In this document: positions 14,951-27,701 of the stretch, in pieces | Layout: each line of letters opens with the position of its first letter | How positions within the stretch are numbered: the first letter of the stretch is position 1 | Origin: Octopus vulgaris | Taxonomy: Eukaryota | Length of the DNA: 64,000 nt | Reading direction: 5' to 3' | NCBI GenBank assembly: GCA_951406725.2 | Contig: OX597832.1 | Coordinates: 46,562,001 to 46,626,000 of the forward strand | Position numbers and translations under genes: made by a program | The notes under the pieces: generated by a model | The model's database searches: none | Told to the model about the DNA's origin: nothing | The model's input: the letters and a program-made list of their open reading frames with translations, nothing else

Positions 14951-15385
14951 TTAATACAGAGAGTTGCTTATTTGCAAAAAAAAAAAGAAATATAACATGT
15001 GACTTCATTGACCGAGGTTACCGTGGTCTTTTCCGTAGGCTTTTCTTTCCACGGGTAAACCTCACCTGTATTCCCTTTACACTTCATATTGACATTTAAT
15101 ACAGAGAGTTGCTTATTTGCAAAAAAAAAAGAAATATAACATGTGACTTCATTGACCGAGGTTACCGTGGTCTTTTCCGTAGGCTTTTCTTTCCACGGGT
15201 AAACCTCACCTGTCCTCCCCTTTACACTTCATATTGACATTTAATACAGAGAGTTGCTTATTTGCAAAAAAAAAAGAAATATAACATGTGACTTCATTGA
15301 CCGAGGTTACCGTGGTCTTTTTCGTAGGCTTTTCTTTCCACGAGTAAACCTCACCTGTCCTCCCCTTTACACTTCATATTGACAT
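14951..15385 (+). repeat. Tandem repeat, three copies of about 145 bp
   Basis: TTAATACAGAGAGTTGC starts at 14951, 15096 and 15241; units near-identical. Confidence 0.95.
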
Positions 15386-15454
15386 TTCTGTGATAACGAT
15401 CCCTATTGATCAATTTTTTCCTTTCCCCACCTTTTTTAAAAAATTTTATCCCCC

Positions 15455-15600
15455 CTTTTTTTGTCTTCTTTCTCTCCTTTTACGATCCATTTCATCGAAA
15501 ACCAAACCCCCTTTTTTTTACCCCCAAAAGAAAAGCTCTACCTTGTAATTTGTCCTGTCTGTGTGCAGCCCTGTGTGGCTAATAAAGAAACATATCTATA
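15455..15600 (+). mobile_element. Putative LINE 3'UTR end (family H), copy 1
   Basis: TTTACGATCC...CCCAAAAGAAAAGCTCTACC...GCAGCCCTGTGTGGCTAATAAAGAAA; repeated at 15865-16040. Confidence 0.55.
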
Positions 15601-15864
15601 TTTTTGTACCTCTATGATATCAAGAAAACTAGTTCTAACAATTGTTAATTAATGAGTGATTCAATTAACCTAGTGTACGCGTCTCTAAGTAGTTACAATT
15701 CCTTCTGGAGTAAGGATTATAAAAACATTGTCACTGACTTACGCAGATATAAAATTAACCCAGATAGATTGAAGCATGCACACCACACCATCACACTAAA
15801 CACATAATCACTTAGAAACCACAGGCACAAATACCTTTGCGTACGTACATATTTATCTATCTAT

Positions 15865-16037
15865 CTTTTTTTTTTTTTTTGTTCTTCCCTTTCCCTTTTA
15901 CGATCCCTTTTGATCGAAAACTTACTCCACCTTATTTTTGTTTCTTTTGTTTTTTGTTCTTTTCATCGCCCAAAAGAAAAGCTCTACCTCGTAACTTGTC
16001 CCATCTGTGTGCAGCCCTGTGTGGCCAATAAAGAAAC

Positions 16038-16040
<3 letters not shown>
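15865..16040 (+). mobile_element. Putative LINE 3'UTR end (family H), copy 2, followed by (TATC)n
   Basis: Homologous to 15455-15600; AATAAA followed by a simple repeat. Confidence 0.55.
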
Positions 16041-16088
<48 letters not shown>

Positions 16089-16105
16089 CACACGCACATA
16101 TATAC

Positions 16106-16269
16106 AGGCGCAGGAGTGGCGGTGGGTTAAGAAGCCTGCTTCCCAACCGCATGGGTCCGGGTTTAGTCGCATTGTGTGGCACCTTGGGCAAGTGCCTTCT
16201 ACTATAGCCTCGGGTCGACCAAAGCCTTGAGAATGGAGTTGACAGACGGAAACTGAAAGAAGCCCGTAG

Positions 16270-16310
<41 letters not shown>

Positions 16311-16350
16311 ACGTATGCACTTGTGTGTCTGTGTTTGTCCCCATCATCGC
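16106..16350 (+). mobile_element. SINE family C, 3'-truncated
   Basis: AGGCGCAGGAGTGGC head, GGCACCTTGGGCAAGTG, internal (TA)n(TG)n. Confidence 0.85.
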
Positions 16351-16359
16351 ATGGTTACG

Positions 16360-17005
16360 TCCCTGTAGCCTACTCCATTCTATCCCCAAACTGTTTCGTT
16401 TTCTCCCTTCCTTTCTCGTATTTTTTTACCTCCCCTTCGCCCCCTCTCGTTTTTCCCTCTTCTCCTTTCTCCAAATATTTTCCTCTCCCTTTCACAGTTC
16501 TCTGTCTGTCCTTCTTTCTCCCTCACTCTTCCCCTTTGTTCTCGTGGCTCATACGTGACCAGCGGCCATCTTTCTTTCTTTTCCTAATGTGTGTCTCTTT
16601 CTGTTGCAGCTTGAGGAAAGAAACGCATTCTTGTCTGTCGCCTGTCGAAGTCAGTTTCTCCGCGTTCGCCACTTCACCTTAGCAACATTTCCTGTTTATT
16701 TTCACTCTCCTCTTTCTTGTTACCAATTTTGACACTCCGGAAAATACCGAATTTTATTTAATTTGCTTTCGGGAGCAACTGTTTTATCGAAGGCGTATCT
16801 TTTCGTTGAGTTGCTCGAAATACGAATTAGAAAAACAGTCGACAACTGATGAAGGGTCGTTCTTTATGTTACTTGTCTTGTGTTCCATTTGTTTCTTTCG
16901 CTTTTGCAAAAAAAAGTTAATATTCCGTGTATTCGTATTTCATATCTCGTGTTTTCGTTTTCTTATGTCGTTTACGTTTCGTGACGTCCTGTGCCCACAT
17001 ATGCA
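16360..17005 (+). mobile_element. Pyrimidine-rich interspersed repeat (family G), ending in (TA)n
   Basis: 16843-17005 (ACAACTGATGAAGGG...CTGTGCCCACATATGCAT) is similar to 63531-63690. Confidence 0.45.
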
Positions 17006-17105
17006 TATATATATACGTATAGATGTAACTATATACATATACGTATGTATATATGCATATATATATTTATATATATATAGAATTTATAGTATTATGTATG
17101 TATGT

Positions 17106-17160
<55 letters not shown>

Positions 17161-17171
17161 ATGTATCTATG

Positions 17172-17257
<86 letters not shown>

Positions 17258-17610
17258 CGTGCATGTATACATACAAGGTGTATGATGTTTTAGTACTTGT
17301 AAACAAGTGACAAGTTATTAAGCGCCTCAAGGTTGTTAGCAAGTTTATAATCTACAAAATTCGAAAACATAATCCAGAACTGATTATAGAAGAATTGAAA
17401 AGAATTTTCTAAAGACGCATATTCTCATACTGGCATACATATAAAGGCACATATTAATATGTAGACACATGTAACTAAATAGCATAAAAGCACAAACAGG
17501 TTAAAGTTTTACTACGTTTGTTTCAGACGCAACTTTTATTGATTAACCGTTCGATTATATCATGGAAAATCTGTTTTCTTCAGGTTATTTAAAAAAAAAT
17601 TTCCCGAAGA

Positions 17611-17773
17611 GTCGTAGGAGTGGCTGTGCGCTATGTAGCTTGCTTATAAACCACATGGTTCCAGCCTCAGTCCCACTGCGTGGCACCTTGGGCAGATGTC
17701 TTCTACTATAGCCTCGGGCCGACCAAAGCCTTGTGAGTGGGTTTCGTAGACGGAAAGCGAAAGAGGTCCGTCG

Positions 17774-17856
<83 letters not shown>

Positions 17857-18092
17857 TTGTGTGTGTGTGTTCGTGTGTCTGCGTTTGCCCCCATCCCAAC
17901 ATCGCCTGACAACCGATGCTGGTGTTTTTACATCCCCGTAACCTAGTGGTTCAGCAAAAGCGACCGATAGAATAAGTACTAGGCTTATAAAGAATAAGTC
18001 CTGGTGTCGATTTGCTCGACTCTAGGCGCTGCTCCAGCATGACCACAGTCATATGACTTAAAAAAAGTAAAAGAGTAAAGAGTAAAGGAGTA
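17611..18092 (+). mobile_element. SINE family C, full length
   Basis: Head, internal (TA)n(TG)n, tail GCTCCAGCATGACC...(AGTAAAG)n. Confidence 0.9.
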
Positions 18093-18337
18093 AGAAATAA
18101 TGCCATAAGCTGTGAGTTGACCCCTATCAATAAGGCACCATTTAAGAGAGCTATGAAAAGGTTTTTTTTTTCTTCATGAGTGAATTGAACGATTTCTCAA
18201 TGCAAAATGCGTCTGAAACATTTGTAGTGAACTTCTAACTAATTTGTGTTCTTATTTTATGCAGACACCATATCTGGAACGTTCTCCGTGTTGGACCTTT
18301 ACCTTGCATTGGATCACGAATCTACATCTGTGTGTAA

Positions 18338-18925
18338 GAGAGTTTACGAAAAAAAAAACACGAAGAAAGGTGGTGTACAAAACAAACAGATGTATTAGTA
18401 TTCTTTCTTTTTCTTTTTATTCTTTTACTTGTTTCAGTCATTTGACTGCGGCCATGCAGGAGCACCGCCTTTAATCGAGCAACTCGACCCCGGGACTTAT
18501 TCTTTTGTAAGCCCAGTACTTATTCTATCGGTCTCTTTTGCCGAACCGCTAAGTAACGGGGACATAAACACACCAGCATCGGTTGTCGAGCGATGTTGGG
18601 TGGACAAACATAGACACACGAACACACACACATACATATATAATATATATATATATATATATACGACGGGCTTCTTTCAGTTTCCGTCTACCAAATCCAC
18701 TCACAAGGCTTTGGTCGCCCCGAGGCTATAGTAGAAGACACTTGCCGAAGGTGCCACGCAGTGGGACTGAAACCGGAACCATGTGGTTGGTAAACACGCT
18801 ACCTACCACACAGCCACTCCTGCGCCTATATAACGCTCAGGAATCGAAAAAGTCTTTTACGTTTCGAGCCTACGCTCTTCTAGAGAAAGGGACACAGAAA
18901 AAACAAGGAGAGAAACAAGGAGAGA

Positions 18926-18930
<5 letters not shown>
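18338..18930 (-). mobile_element. Short hammerhead-like element (family F2) interrupted by SINE C
   Basis: 18828-18930 and 18338-18401 join on the minus strand to ...GAGCGTAGGCTCGAAACGTA...GAGCGTTATA|CTAATACATCTG..., as in the uninterrupted copy at 26258-26400. Confidence 0.6.
18405..18827 (-). mobile_element. SINE family C, full length
   Basis: Matches the reverse complement of 44937-45345. Confidence 0.92.
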
Positions 18931-19203
<273 letters not shown>

Positions 19204-19210
19204 TGGGTGT

Positions 19211-19592
19211 GGAGGCGCAATGGCCCAGTGGTTAGGGCAGCGGACTCGCGGTCGTAGGATCGCGGTTTCGATTCCCAGACCGGGTGTTGTGAGTGTTTAT
19301 TGAGCGAAAACACCTAAAAGCTCCACGAGGCTCCGGCAGGGGGTGGTGGTGAACCCTGCTGTACTCTTTCACCACAACTTTCTCTCACTCTTTCTTCCTG
19401 TTTCTGTTGTTCCTGTATTTCAAAGGGGCCAGCCTTGTCACACTCTGTGTCACGCTGAATCTCCTCGAGAACTACGTTAAGGGTACACGTGTCTGTGGAG
19501 TGCTCAGCCACTTGCACGCTAATTCCACGAGCAGGCTCTTCCGTTGATCGTATCAGCTGGGACCCTCATCGTCGTAACCGACGGAGTGCTCC
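19211..19592 (+). mobile_element. SINE family B (tail Y)
   Basis: Full copy; TAGGTGGGTGT duplicated on both sides (TSD). Confidence 0.92.
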
Positions 19593-19762
19593 TATGTAGG
19601 TGGGTGTACAGAGAGAGAGAAAGAGAGTAAGAAATGAAGACGGAGGAGAAGAGATGTATATGACGGCACCTACAGCCTTGACCCCGTATATAAAAATTTA
19701 AGATAAATACACCCCCAAGGAAACTTGCGAAATATAAAGAAGCTGAATATAAAATTATGTAT

Positions 19763-19994
19763 ATATTTCTTTATTGCCTACAAGGGGCTACACACAGAGA
19801 GGACAAACAAGGACAGACAAAAGGGTTAAGTCGATTACATCGATCCCAGTGCGTAACTGGTACTTAATTTATCGACCCTGAAAGGATGAAAGGCAAAGTC
19901 GACCTCGGCGGAATTTGAACTCAGAACGTAATGGCAAACGAAATACGGCTACGCATTTCGCCCGGCGTGCTAACGTTTCTGCCAGCTCGCCGCC
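19763..19994 (-). mobile_element. SINE family A monomer
   Basis: Full consensus; TSD TAAAATTATG at 19750-19759 and 19995-20004. Confidence 0.92.
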
Positions 19995-20009
19995 TAAAAT
20001 TATGAAAGC

Positions 20010-20081
20010 CTCCCCGGCGGGGAATCGAACCCCGGTTTCCCGTGTGACAGGCGGGAATACTTACCACTATACTACCGAGTA
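20010..20081 (-). tRNA. tRNA-Asp-GTC: tRNA-Asp (GTC) gene or recent pseudogene
   Basis: Minus strand TACTCGGTAGTATAGTGGTAAGTATTCCCGCCTGTCACACGGGAAACCGGGGTTCGATTCCCCGCCGGGGAG, 72 nt, G73, A and B boxes intact, TTTT about 10 nt downstream; A2:G71 and C31:A39 mismatches. Confidence 0.8.
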
Positions 20082-20129
20082 TGTATATAGGACTTAGTTA
20101 ACTGTAGGAAAGAAATAAAAAGATAACCA

Positions 20130-20154
20130 TAGACAGACAGACAGACAGGCAGAC

Positions 20155-20253
<99 letters not shown>

Positions 20254-20300
20254 GAAAGAGAGAGAGAAAGAAAGAGAGAAAGAGGTGGAGAAGAGAGAGT
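20130..20300. repeat. (GACA)n(GATA)n(GA)n microsatellite
   Basis: Read directly. Confidence 0.95.
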
Positions 20301-20659
20301 GAGAGGACGAGAGAATGGGAGAAATCTGCATGTATATAAGGCGAATTTATTTGAAACTTAAACGAAGGAGTGAGTAGCTTTAGGAAAGTAAGTTATTAAA
20401 ACGAGAGGTGAATCATTCGATGCCATAAAATATATAGGTGAAAATTACAATGAAAGCTCTGAATATTTATAAACAAGTAGTCATCTTTGCTTAAAGATTG
20501 TATATCATCGCTCGCACGATAAGCCACAGGTAGTCAGAGGCACATTGAAAAACACGTGGTAATACTCACACACACATATATACACATGTATATATATATA
20601 TATATATAGATCGCCATGTATATATAGATCGCCATATTGATTCGCTAGCTTCTGCACGC

Positions 20660-20760
20660 ATTTTTTCTCTCCTTGCTTCTCTCCGTGTTTCTCTTCTGTG
20701 TATAAGAGCGTAGGCTAAACGTAAAAGACTTGTTTTATATATTCCTGAGCGCCATACAAT
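20660..20760 (+). mobile_element. Family F2 fragment
   Basis: AAGAGCGTAGGCT.AAACGTAAAAGACT...CCTGAGCG, as at 18830-18930 and 26278. Confidence 0.5.
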
Positions 20761-20919
20761 AAAATATTAGGGAATAAATCCAAACTTACAGGAAAAAATC
20801 AGATTTAGGATTAAATCCAATTTTATAGTATAAATATATTATATTATATTAAATTAGAGATAAAACCACTATTAGGCAAATCAATATATATATAAATATA
20901 TATATATTTAATTAAATAC

Positions 20920-21127
20920 GTGACCGCGTGTGTGTCGTTGGCGATTTTTTCTCCTCCGTCTTCCCTTCCTTGGATCTTTCCTTTTTCTATGTTTCTGACA
21001 AAGAGCTCCGCTCGAAACGTTAAATCCTCCTTCTTTCCTTCCTTTCCAGAGCGTCCGATAACACTACACTTGTTCCACGTCCCCGAGTTGTTGTTTTCTC
21101 TTCGTGTTTTCTTGTTTGGATTAACTA
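20920..21127 (+). mobile_element. Family F1 short element with hammerhead-like motif, flanked by (TA)n
   Basis: Homologous over about 205 bp to 40453-40660; CTGACAA-A-GAGC-TCC-GCTC-GAAAC-GTT at 20995-21021. Confidence 0.7.
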
Positions 21128-21349
21128 AATATATATATATATGCATGTGTGGGTGTGTTTTTAGGTATATACATATATATAAATTTGAAGAATACTGGAT
21201 TATATACATGTATATATTTATATACCTAATTCATACATACATATACACACACATGCATACATATACACACACATACATACATACATACATACATACATAC
21301 ATACATACATACATACATACATACATACATACATACATACATACATAAC

Positions 21350-22090
21350 GTGAGGCAGATCACTTCATAAAACTTGGAAGGCAGCTCCCTGAGCAATATT
21401 CCTCGTCTGATAACCTAAAATACATGCCCAAAGAAGTCGCACGACTCTACCTCAGATGAAAAGATGAGCCTGTATGAGCAGAAAATTATGCATGTTAGCA
21501 GAAAGCGCCGAGTTGATCTGCTGTTACGTTCTGAGTTCAAATTCCGCCGAGGTCGACTTTGCCTTTCATCCTTTCTGGGTCGATAAATTAAGTACCAGTT
21601 ACGCCCTTGGATCGATATCTGTCCTTGTTTGTCCCCTCTGTGTTTAGCCCCTTGTGGGTAGTAAAGAAATAAAATATTGATCATCAAAGCAGTCTATTAT
21701 GTGCCAATAACCAGATTACTACCTCCCATTTGGAAAGGTATGCGTTTGCAATCCACGAACAAGCAATACCAACCAAATACCTGATGCACAAAAGTGATAG
21801 AGATGCAAGAAAAGCGGTAAAATATGACAACCCTTGCAGACTATGTGGAGTTAACACGGAAGATATCACCCACATCATAAGCAGCTGTCCGGAAATGTCA
21901 TCACGTTTTTATCTACCGATGAGGCATGCTGTTGTAGCTGGAATACTCTATAATGAAATCCGTCGGAAAGATAATCCTGACGACAAAGAAATAAGAACCC
22001 AGAGTGGTAGTAGCCATAGCCACAGATAATAGAAAAGAGTACTGGTGGAATGTACTAGTGAAAGCCTCAATAAAATGTAAGCACAATAGA
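21350..22090 (+). pseudogene. R4/Dong-type (RLE) non-LTR retrotransposon C-terminal relic
   Basis: ORF 21730-22029 has CRLCGVNTEDITHIISSC (CCHC knuckle) and the MRH motif, preceded by AIHEQAIPTK; followed by EYWWN...KHNR; interrupted by SINE A. Confidence 0.8.
21518..21671 (+). mobile_element. SINE family A, 5'-truncated
   Basis: CTGCTGTTACGTTCTGAGTTCAAATTCC...GTAAAGAAATA. Confidence 0.85.
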
Positions 22091-22268
22091 CTTCATATGA
22101 AGAAATTTCATAATTTCTATATGAATTTTTAACTATAGTAATAGTACTACATGTCCTATTTAGTCATATTTTCTCCACTGTGCACATGTACGTGCGTACT
22201 TTTACAGATGTACACTTGAGTAAGCGTATGTGCATGAAAAGATGTACTATATATTAATTTATCTACTA

Positions 22269-22665
22269 CTAGCAGTATCGTTCGGCTTTGCTCGGGTTTG
22301 TAAGGGAAATAACTATATAAGCATTTTTAGAGAGTTATAGCCAAAAAATAGCAAAAAAATTCATTAAAAATGGGAAAAAAATTATGGTAATTTTTTTTTT
22401 AAATCGTTGACTTATCGTAGACATTTTTAGAGAGTTACTTCCCTTATATAATAGCGAAAAAATGTATTAAAATGAAAAAAATTATGGTAACTTTTATTTT
22501 AAATCGTAAACTCAACGTGGACGCGCGCTAATACTCAGAAGGGCTCGATATGAATCACGACTATAAGATACCCGGTTTTGGTTAAACTGCACCGCAAAAT
22601 GTGGGAGTAGTTAGGAATCTAAATCGTAGGAGAGAGACACACAACTTGACTTTTATATATAAAGA
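22269..22665 (-). mobile_element. Non-autonomous Helitron (family E1), full length
   Basis: Minus strand A|TC...subterminal hairpin...CTAG|T with no TSD; matches 48716-49116. Confidence 0.85.
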
Positions 22666-24270
22666 TATATTTATTCATTTAAGCAAGAGTGTATTTATTA
22701 ATACCTGGTTGCATATCTGTATACGTGGAGATGAACTTCTATAAATTTAATTTTTTCTAGTATACATAGGCCATCCTATATTCACATCGTATATTTTAGT
22801 GTTTATTTTTCATATCTCTGTGCACCGTAAACTTTTCATATTAGCGGCAATATTAAAGACTTTACCTTTTATCCACATTCTATATAAATAGCCATCGATT
22901 TAATTATATCCAGTTTGAAAGAAGCCTTCTTAATGACTGAGAAACTTTTGATGTCGTTTAGACTAAGGTGACCTTCATAAAAGCTGTTTTATGATGAGAA
23001 TTATTCTAGTCCTGACCATATTGTCTTCATTATTTAGCATTCAATCATTCATTATCAATAGTATGATACATTTTGAAATCGATTTGGTTAATCTTTCTAG
23101 CACGTCAAGCCACTCCCTGTCATGTCTGGTGATGGTAAAAGTTGTATTTTGTTTTCTGTTTTTGTATTTATTGCTTTCTGTATTTTGTTTTTCTTTTGTG
23201 AAAACTTGAAGTTACACTTTTATCGTTTACGTTTACTTAGATAATTCTTTCCAACATAAGCAAATTGGAAACTTCTTCGATTTTTTGCTATTATGTTCAT
23301 CCAAGACGGCGAACTACAATCATGCGATCACATTTTCTCAGCTAATGCTCTCATCACCATCACCTCAGTAACGACTACGGAGACGGTTTCCGCAAAAACA
23401 AAACAAACAACATCCGATAGTAAGATAAGACCGAGTTTGTTTAAGACTTTGCTTTATCTTATACAATCAAATGCCAAAACTAATTTTGCTAATTCCTTAA
23501 TTATTGCTTAATAAAGATAAATAAATTAATTAGTGACACTTCATAGTTTGCCTCGGATTTCAAATTCTGAAGAAATATATATCTCTCGAGAAAGAAAGAA
23601 AGAAAGAAAGGGAGAGAGAGGAGAGAGAGATGAACGTAAGAGATAATAAAAGATAATTATCATTAAGAAATTAATCTGGTAATTGCTGACAACACCTGCA
23701 CTCTTTCACTCTCACAACTTATTCTTCTCCTCTCTCAATGAATCACGTAAACATCGTTAAATATTAATATATGCGCATGTTCAGACACCTTCACGCCCAC
23801 GTGGTACGCCACACGTTTATATGCATACATAAATACACAGACACTCACACACACATATGTAACATAAATTGTACGTGATATATAATTATGTATCAATATA
23901 TACGTATATGTGTGTGTGCGTCTCTCTCTCTCTCCCTCTCTCCCTCGCTCTCTTTCTTTTTTCGCTCCCTACATATACACATAATGTAAGAGTTGTAGAG
24001 TACATAAAAAATATTTTTTACATGCACCAAGCTTTATAAGTTAAAGAACTCAATAATACTAGGTGAGTGAAAAGATATATTTATATAAATAAAATTGACA
24101 GCCTCCTTAGATTCTTCAGCCCTGGTTGGCCGGTTTAAGATTCTGATATAAAGTAAATTGTTTGCAGTTTCTATAGAAGTGTGTGTTACCTAAAGAAGAG
24201 TTTGTATGGATAACGGTGCTAAGTATCTTTGAAACGCAATTTAAATTTGTAGGAACTATATGGGTAAATA

Positions 24271-24503
24271 CCTATTTCTTTATTACCCACAAGGGGCTAT
24301 ACACAGAGGGGACAAACAAGGACAGTCATAGGTATTAAGTCAATTACATCGACCCCAGTACGTAACTGGTACTTAATTTATAAACCCCGAAAGGATGAAA
24401 GGCAAAGTCAACCTCGGCGGAATTTGAACTCATAACGTAACGACAGACGAAATATGGCTACGCATTTCGCCCGGTGTGCTAACGCTTCTGCCAGCTCGCC
24501 GCC
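24271..24503 (-). mobile_element. SINE family A monomer
   Basis: Full consensus; TSD TATATGGGTAAATA on both sides. Confidence 0.92.
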
Positions 24504-24569
24504 TTTTATATGGGTAAATATCATTAAGGTAACATTCTAATCGTTATCGTCATCAAGGTCCCTTAAACT

Positions 24570-24868
24570 CAGTGGTTCGGGAAGTGGACGGTACTACTCA
24601 TGTGAAGCAGAGACAAGATCCAGAGGCACTGAAGAAAAGTGGGGGCGATAATGGGGTGGCAAAAAGAGGGCGATGGATGTTAAAAAGAAAAATCCCCAAA
24701 ACGGGTTAATAAGGTTAAGTTTTACTTGTGAAATATATTTCATTTAATTTGATACAGAAAGTGTTGTATGTTTGTGGTGGTGAGTGGAAGGGGTGGTATG
24801 AATAAGTCCCAGGAGCGAAGCGAGGGTTGGGGGTGGGGTGATAGCCTGAAAACTTTTCGGAACCACTG
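24570..24868. mobile_element. hAT (Charlie-like) MITE
   Basis: TIRs CAGTGGTTC / GAACCACTG; flanks CTTAAACT vs CGTTAACT (6 of 8 match, decayed 8-bp TSD). Confidence 0.65.
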
Positions 24869-25229
24869 CGTTAACTGACGCGACCAGTCGTTGGGGTGCG
24901 ACTGCACCGAAAATGACTTCACAACAAGCTTTTGGTGTAATAAGAATACCAGCTGCTAAGACACTTGCCTACGCATGAGTTGACTTACCTTTGCTCGCTT
25001 GCTTCTAATTATGAAAATGTGTGGGTCTATAAATATATATATATGTGTGCGTGTGTGTGTATGCATTTTTCTGAATGGGAAACCGCAAAAAAAAGAAAGG
25101 CTTTACAGGTCAAATATGTTTACCGATAAACATATTTGCACTGATCGAAAAATCTGTTAATATATGTGAATAAATACAGAGGAATCCTGAAGACACAGCG
25201 AGATAAGTATGAATATGTGTGCCTGTTTG

Positions 25230-25574
25230 TGCTTGTGTATGAGTTTGTGTGTGTTTGTGCACGTGTGTATGTAAATATCTGACTTTGTATTTGTGTGTGT
25301 GTATATATATATATATATATGTATGTATATATGTGTGTGTGCATCTATGAATAGGAATGCGTGTACTTAAATAAGTATGTATATGCATATATATGTGCAT
25401 TTAGTATAAATATATATGTACGCATATATATATATATATATAAATATATATATAAATATATATGCATATATAAATATATGCATATGTATATATATATATA
25501 CATAAATATGCATATATATCTGTGCATACATATGCATATACATGTGTGCATACATATGCATATACATGTGTATG

Positions 25575-25629
<55 letters not shown>

Positions 25630-25668
25630 GTAAATATATATAAATGAATAGATATGCATATATATAAA

Positions 25669-25749
<81 letters not shown>

Positions 25750-25800
25750 CTGTATATTGTATATGTATGCGTGTAACTGTGCATGTATGTCGGTATGTGT
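25230..25800. repeat. (TA)n/(TG)n/(TGCA)-rich degenerate microsatellite
   Basis: Read directly. Confidence 0.9.
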
Positions 25801-26257
25801 ATGAAAGAGCGAGAGATTTCGACGAAGAAAGACATAGCACTCTTAAACTATAACATTTCGTTGTCCATGAAATATTTCCGCTAAAAGATATCTCATTTCA
25901 TTAGTAAGCTAAGTGTCTATCTACGTTACTTCCGTTTCTTTATATCAAACATAGGTGAAAGGTATCTAGATTTAAATAAATACATTTTGTGACTTGAAGA
26001 GAAACAGCAGGACGGCGGCAATAAATGTGAACTTCGAGACTAAACGACGAACAAAATCCAAATCTTTATAGCAAAACGATGCTGCGAGACACGGAGAGAT
26101 TCGTCAAAGACAGTCATGAGTTCGAAATGAAGGTAGATTATGCATGAAATACTTTTCAGCCGAGTACTGCAAGAGGCCATTGTCGCTGACAACAATGTGA
26201 GTAAATCTTCGCGGGAGACAATGATAAATGAAAATATACCGCTGAAATTGTCAAATG

Positions 26258-26400
26258 CTCTTTTACGTGTTTCCTTTCTGTGGAAGAGCGTAGGCTCGAA
26301 ATGTTAAAGACTTTCCTCTTCCCGAGCGTTATACTAATACATATGTTTGTTTTCTACTCCAACTTTCTTCGTCTTTTATTTTTGTCGTTGTGAATTCTCC
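26258..26400 (+). mobile_element. Family F2 element with degenerate hammerhead-like motif
   Basis: CTTT-CTGTGGA-A-GAGC-GTAG-GCTC-GAAAT-GTT-AAAG at 26274-26309; followed by (TA)n. Confidence 0.55.
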
Positions 26401-26411
26401 GTATCAATCTA

Positions 26412-26450
<39 letters not shown>

Positions 26451-26642
26451 CGGCATGTAATATTGTACTCGGGTGTATCCAGATTGGCAAACATGTTCAA
26501 AATTCAATCACCAAATTGAGAAGTGAACAATTACCCTAATATAATTAGGTATTGGACCTATATATATAGGTATTGGCTATATATATATATAGCCTTTCTT
26601 CGTCTTTTACTTTTGTCTTTGTGAATTCTCCCTATCTATCTA

Positions 26643-26675
<33 letters not shown>

Positions 26676-26826
26676 CGGCATGTAACATTGTACTCGGGTG
26701 TATCCAGATTGGCAAGCATATGTTCAAAATTCACTCACCAAACTGGTAAGAGAACGATTACCTTAATATAAATAGGTATTGGATGACATGAAGCGTAATA
26801 TAAATAGGTATTGGATGACATGAAGC
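26363..26826 (+). repeat. Local tandem duplication (about 230-bp period) plus a roughly 31-bp doublet
   Basis: CTTTCTTCGTCTTTTA...(TA)n GCGGCATGTAA...AGGTATTGG occurs twice; TAATATAAATAGGTATTGGATGACATGAAGC occurs twice. Confidence 0.85.
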
Positions 26827-27395
26827 AATGCCTTTATTATGGTTTCTAATTTAAACGGGTATGATTGGGTTAATTGTTTTTCACATTTTTACCCTGGCAA
26901 GAGCCTATACGCGTTGGCGATTTAGAGACACTGTAGTTCATAAAGGGCACAGGAAAATTAAATTTCGGCTATAAGACAAATAGGCGTAGTATAAACAGAC
27001 CAGGCTCGGAGTTAGACTAAGTTATAAATATTGTTTACGTTATAATGTAAATCGTGTTAAATTCTCATCAATCTCAGTAAATATTGTTGAATAATATTCT
27101 GCATTAGTTTCAATGAAACTACTTATTTCAGTTGAACACAGAATAATCAGCACTCAAGAATAATTTTCACACCAGCGAAGAAGCTCTAATATGGATAAAC
27201 ATGAGTGTACCGATGTTAATGCAGACAGACACACACACACACACTCAAGCATGCATGTATGACATTCTCTCTGTGCATAGGAGTATGTTTCGTGAGTCTA
27301 TGTTACTATATACATATGTATACATACATATATATGTATATATTTGTAATTATGCACACACATACACACACACGCACTCACACATATAAGTGTAA

Positions 27396-27454
<59 letters not shown>

Positions 27455-27517
27455 TGAACATAACTATATAGATACATATATAAATATATTTATATATATA
27501 CACACAAGCACACACAC

Positions 27518-27572
<55 letters not shown>

Positions 27573-27701
27573 TTACCTTATACATATTGAAAGCAATATT
27601 AGATGAAAAGGGCCATCTATATATCATATTTAATGTAAATACATCAGTGAAAGTCAATTTACTGCGGTATTTGGCCAGAGATAATATCTGTATGTATTAA
27701 C

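Noticed and set aside
14951-15385. CRISPR-like array
   Set aside because: Units are whole near-identical repeats with no unique spacers; eukaryotic context and no cas genes
16760-16860. Hammerhead in family G (GAGCAACT/AGTTGCTC-GAAA, and CTGATGA at 16847)
   Set aside because: Core elements are not in a valid arrangement with the needed stems; at best a decayed motif
26072-26200. Possible small host exons (AG...GT bounded, MLRDTERFVKDSHEFEMK)
   Set aside because: No homology recognised, and the implied intron of under 30 nt is too short; would need RNA-seq
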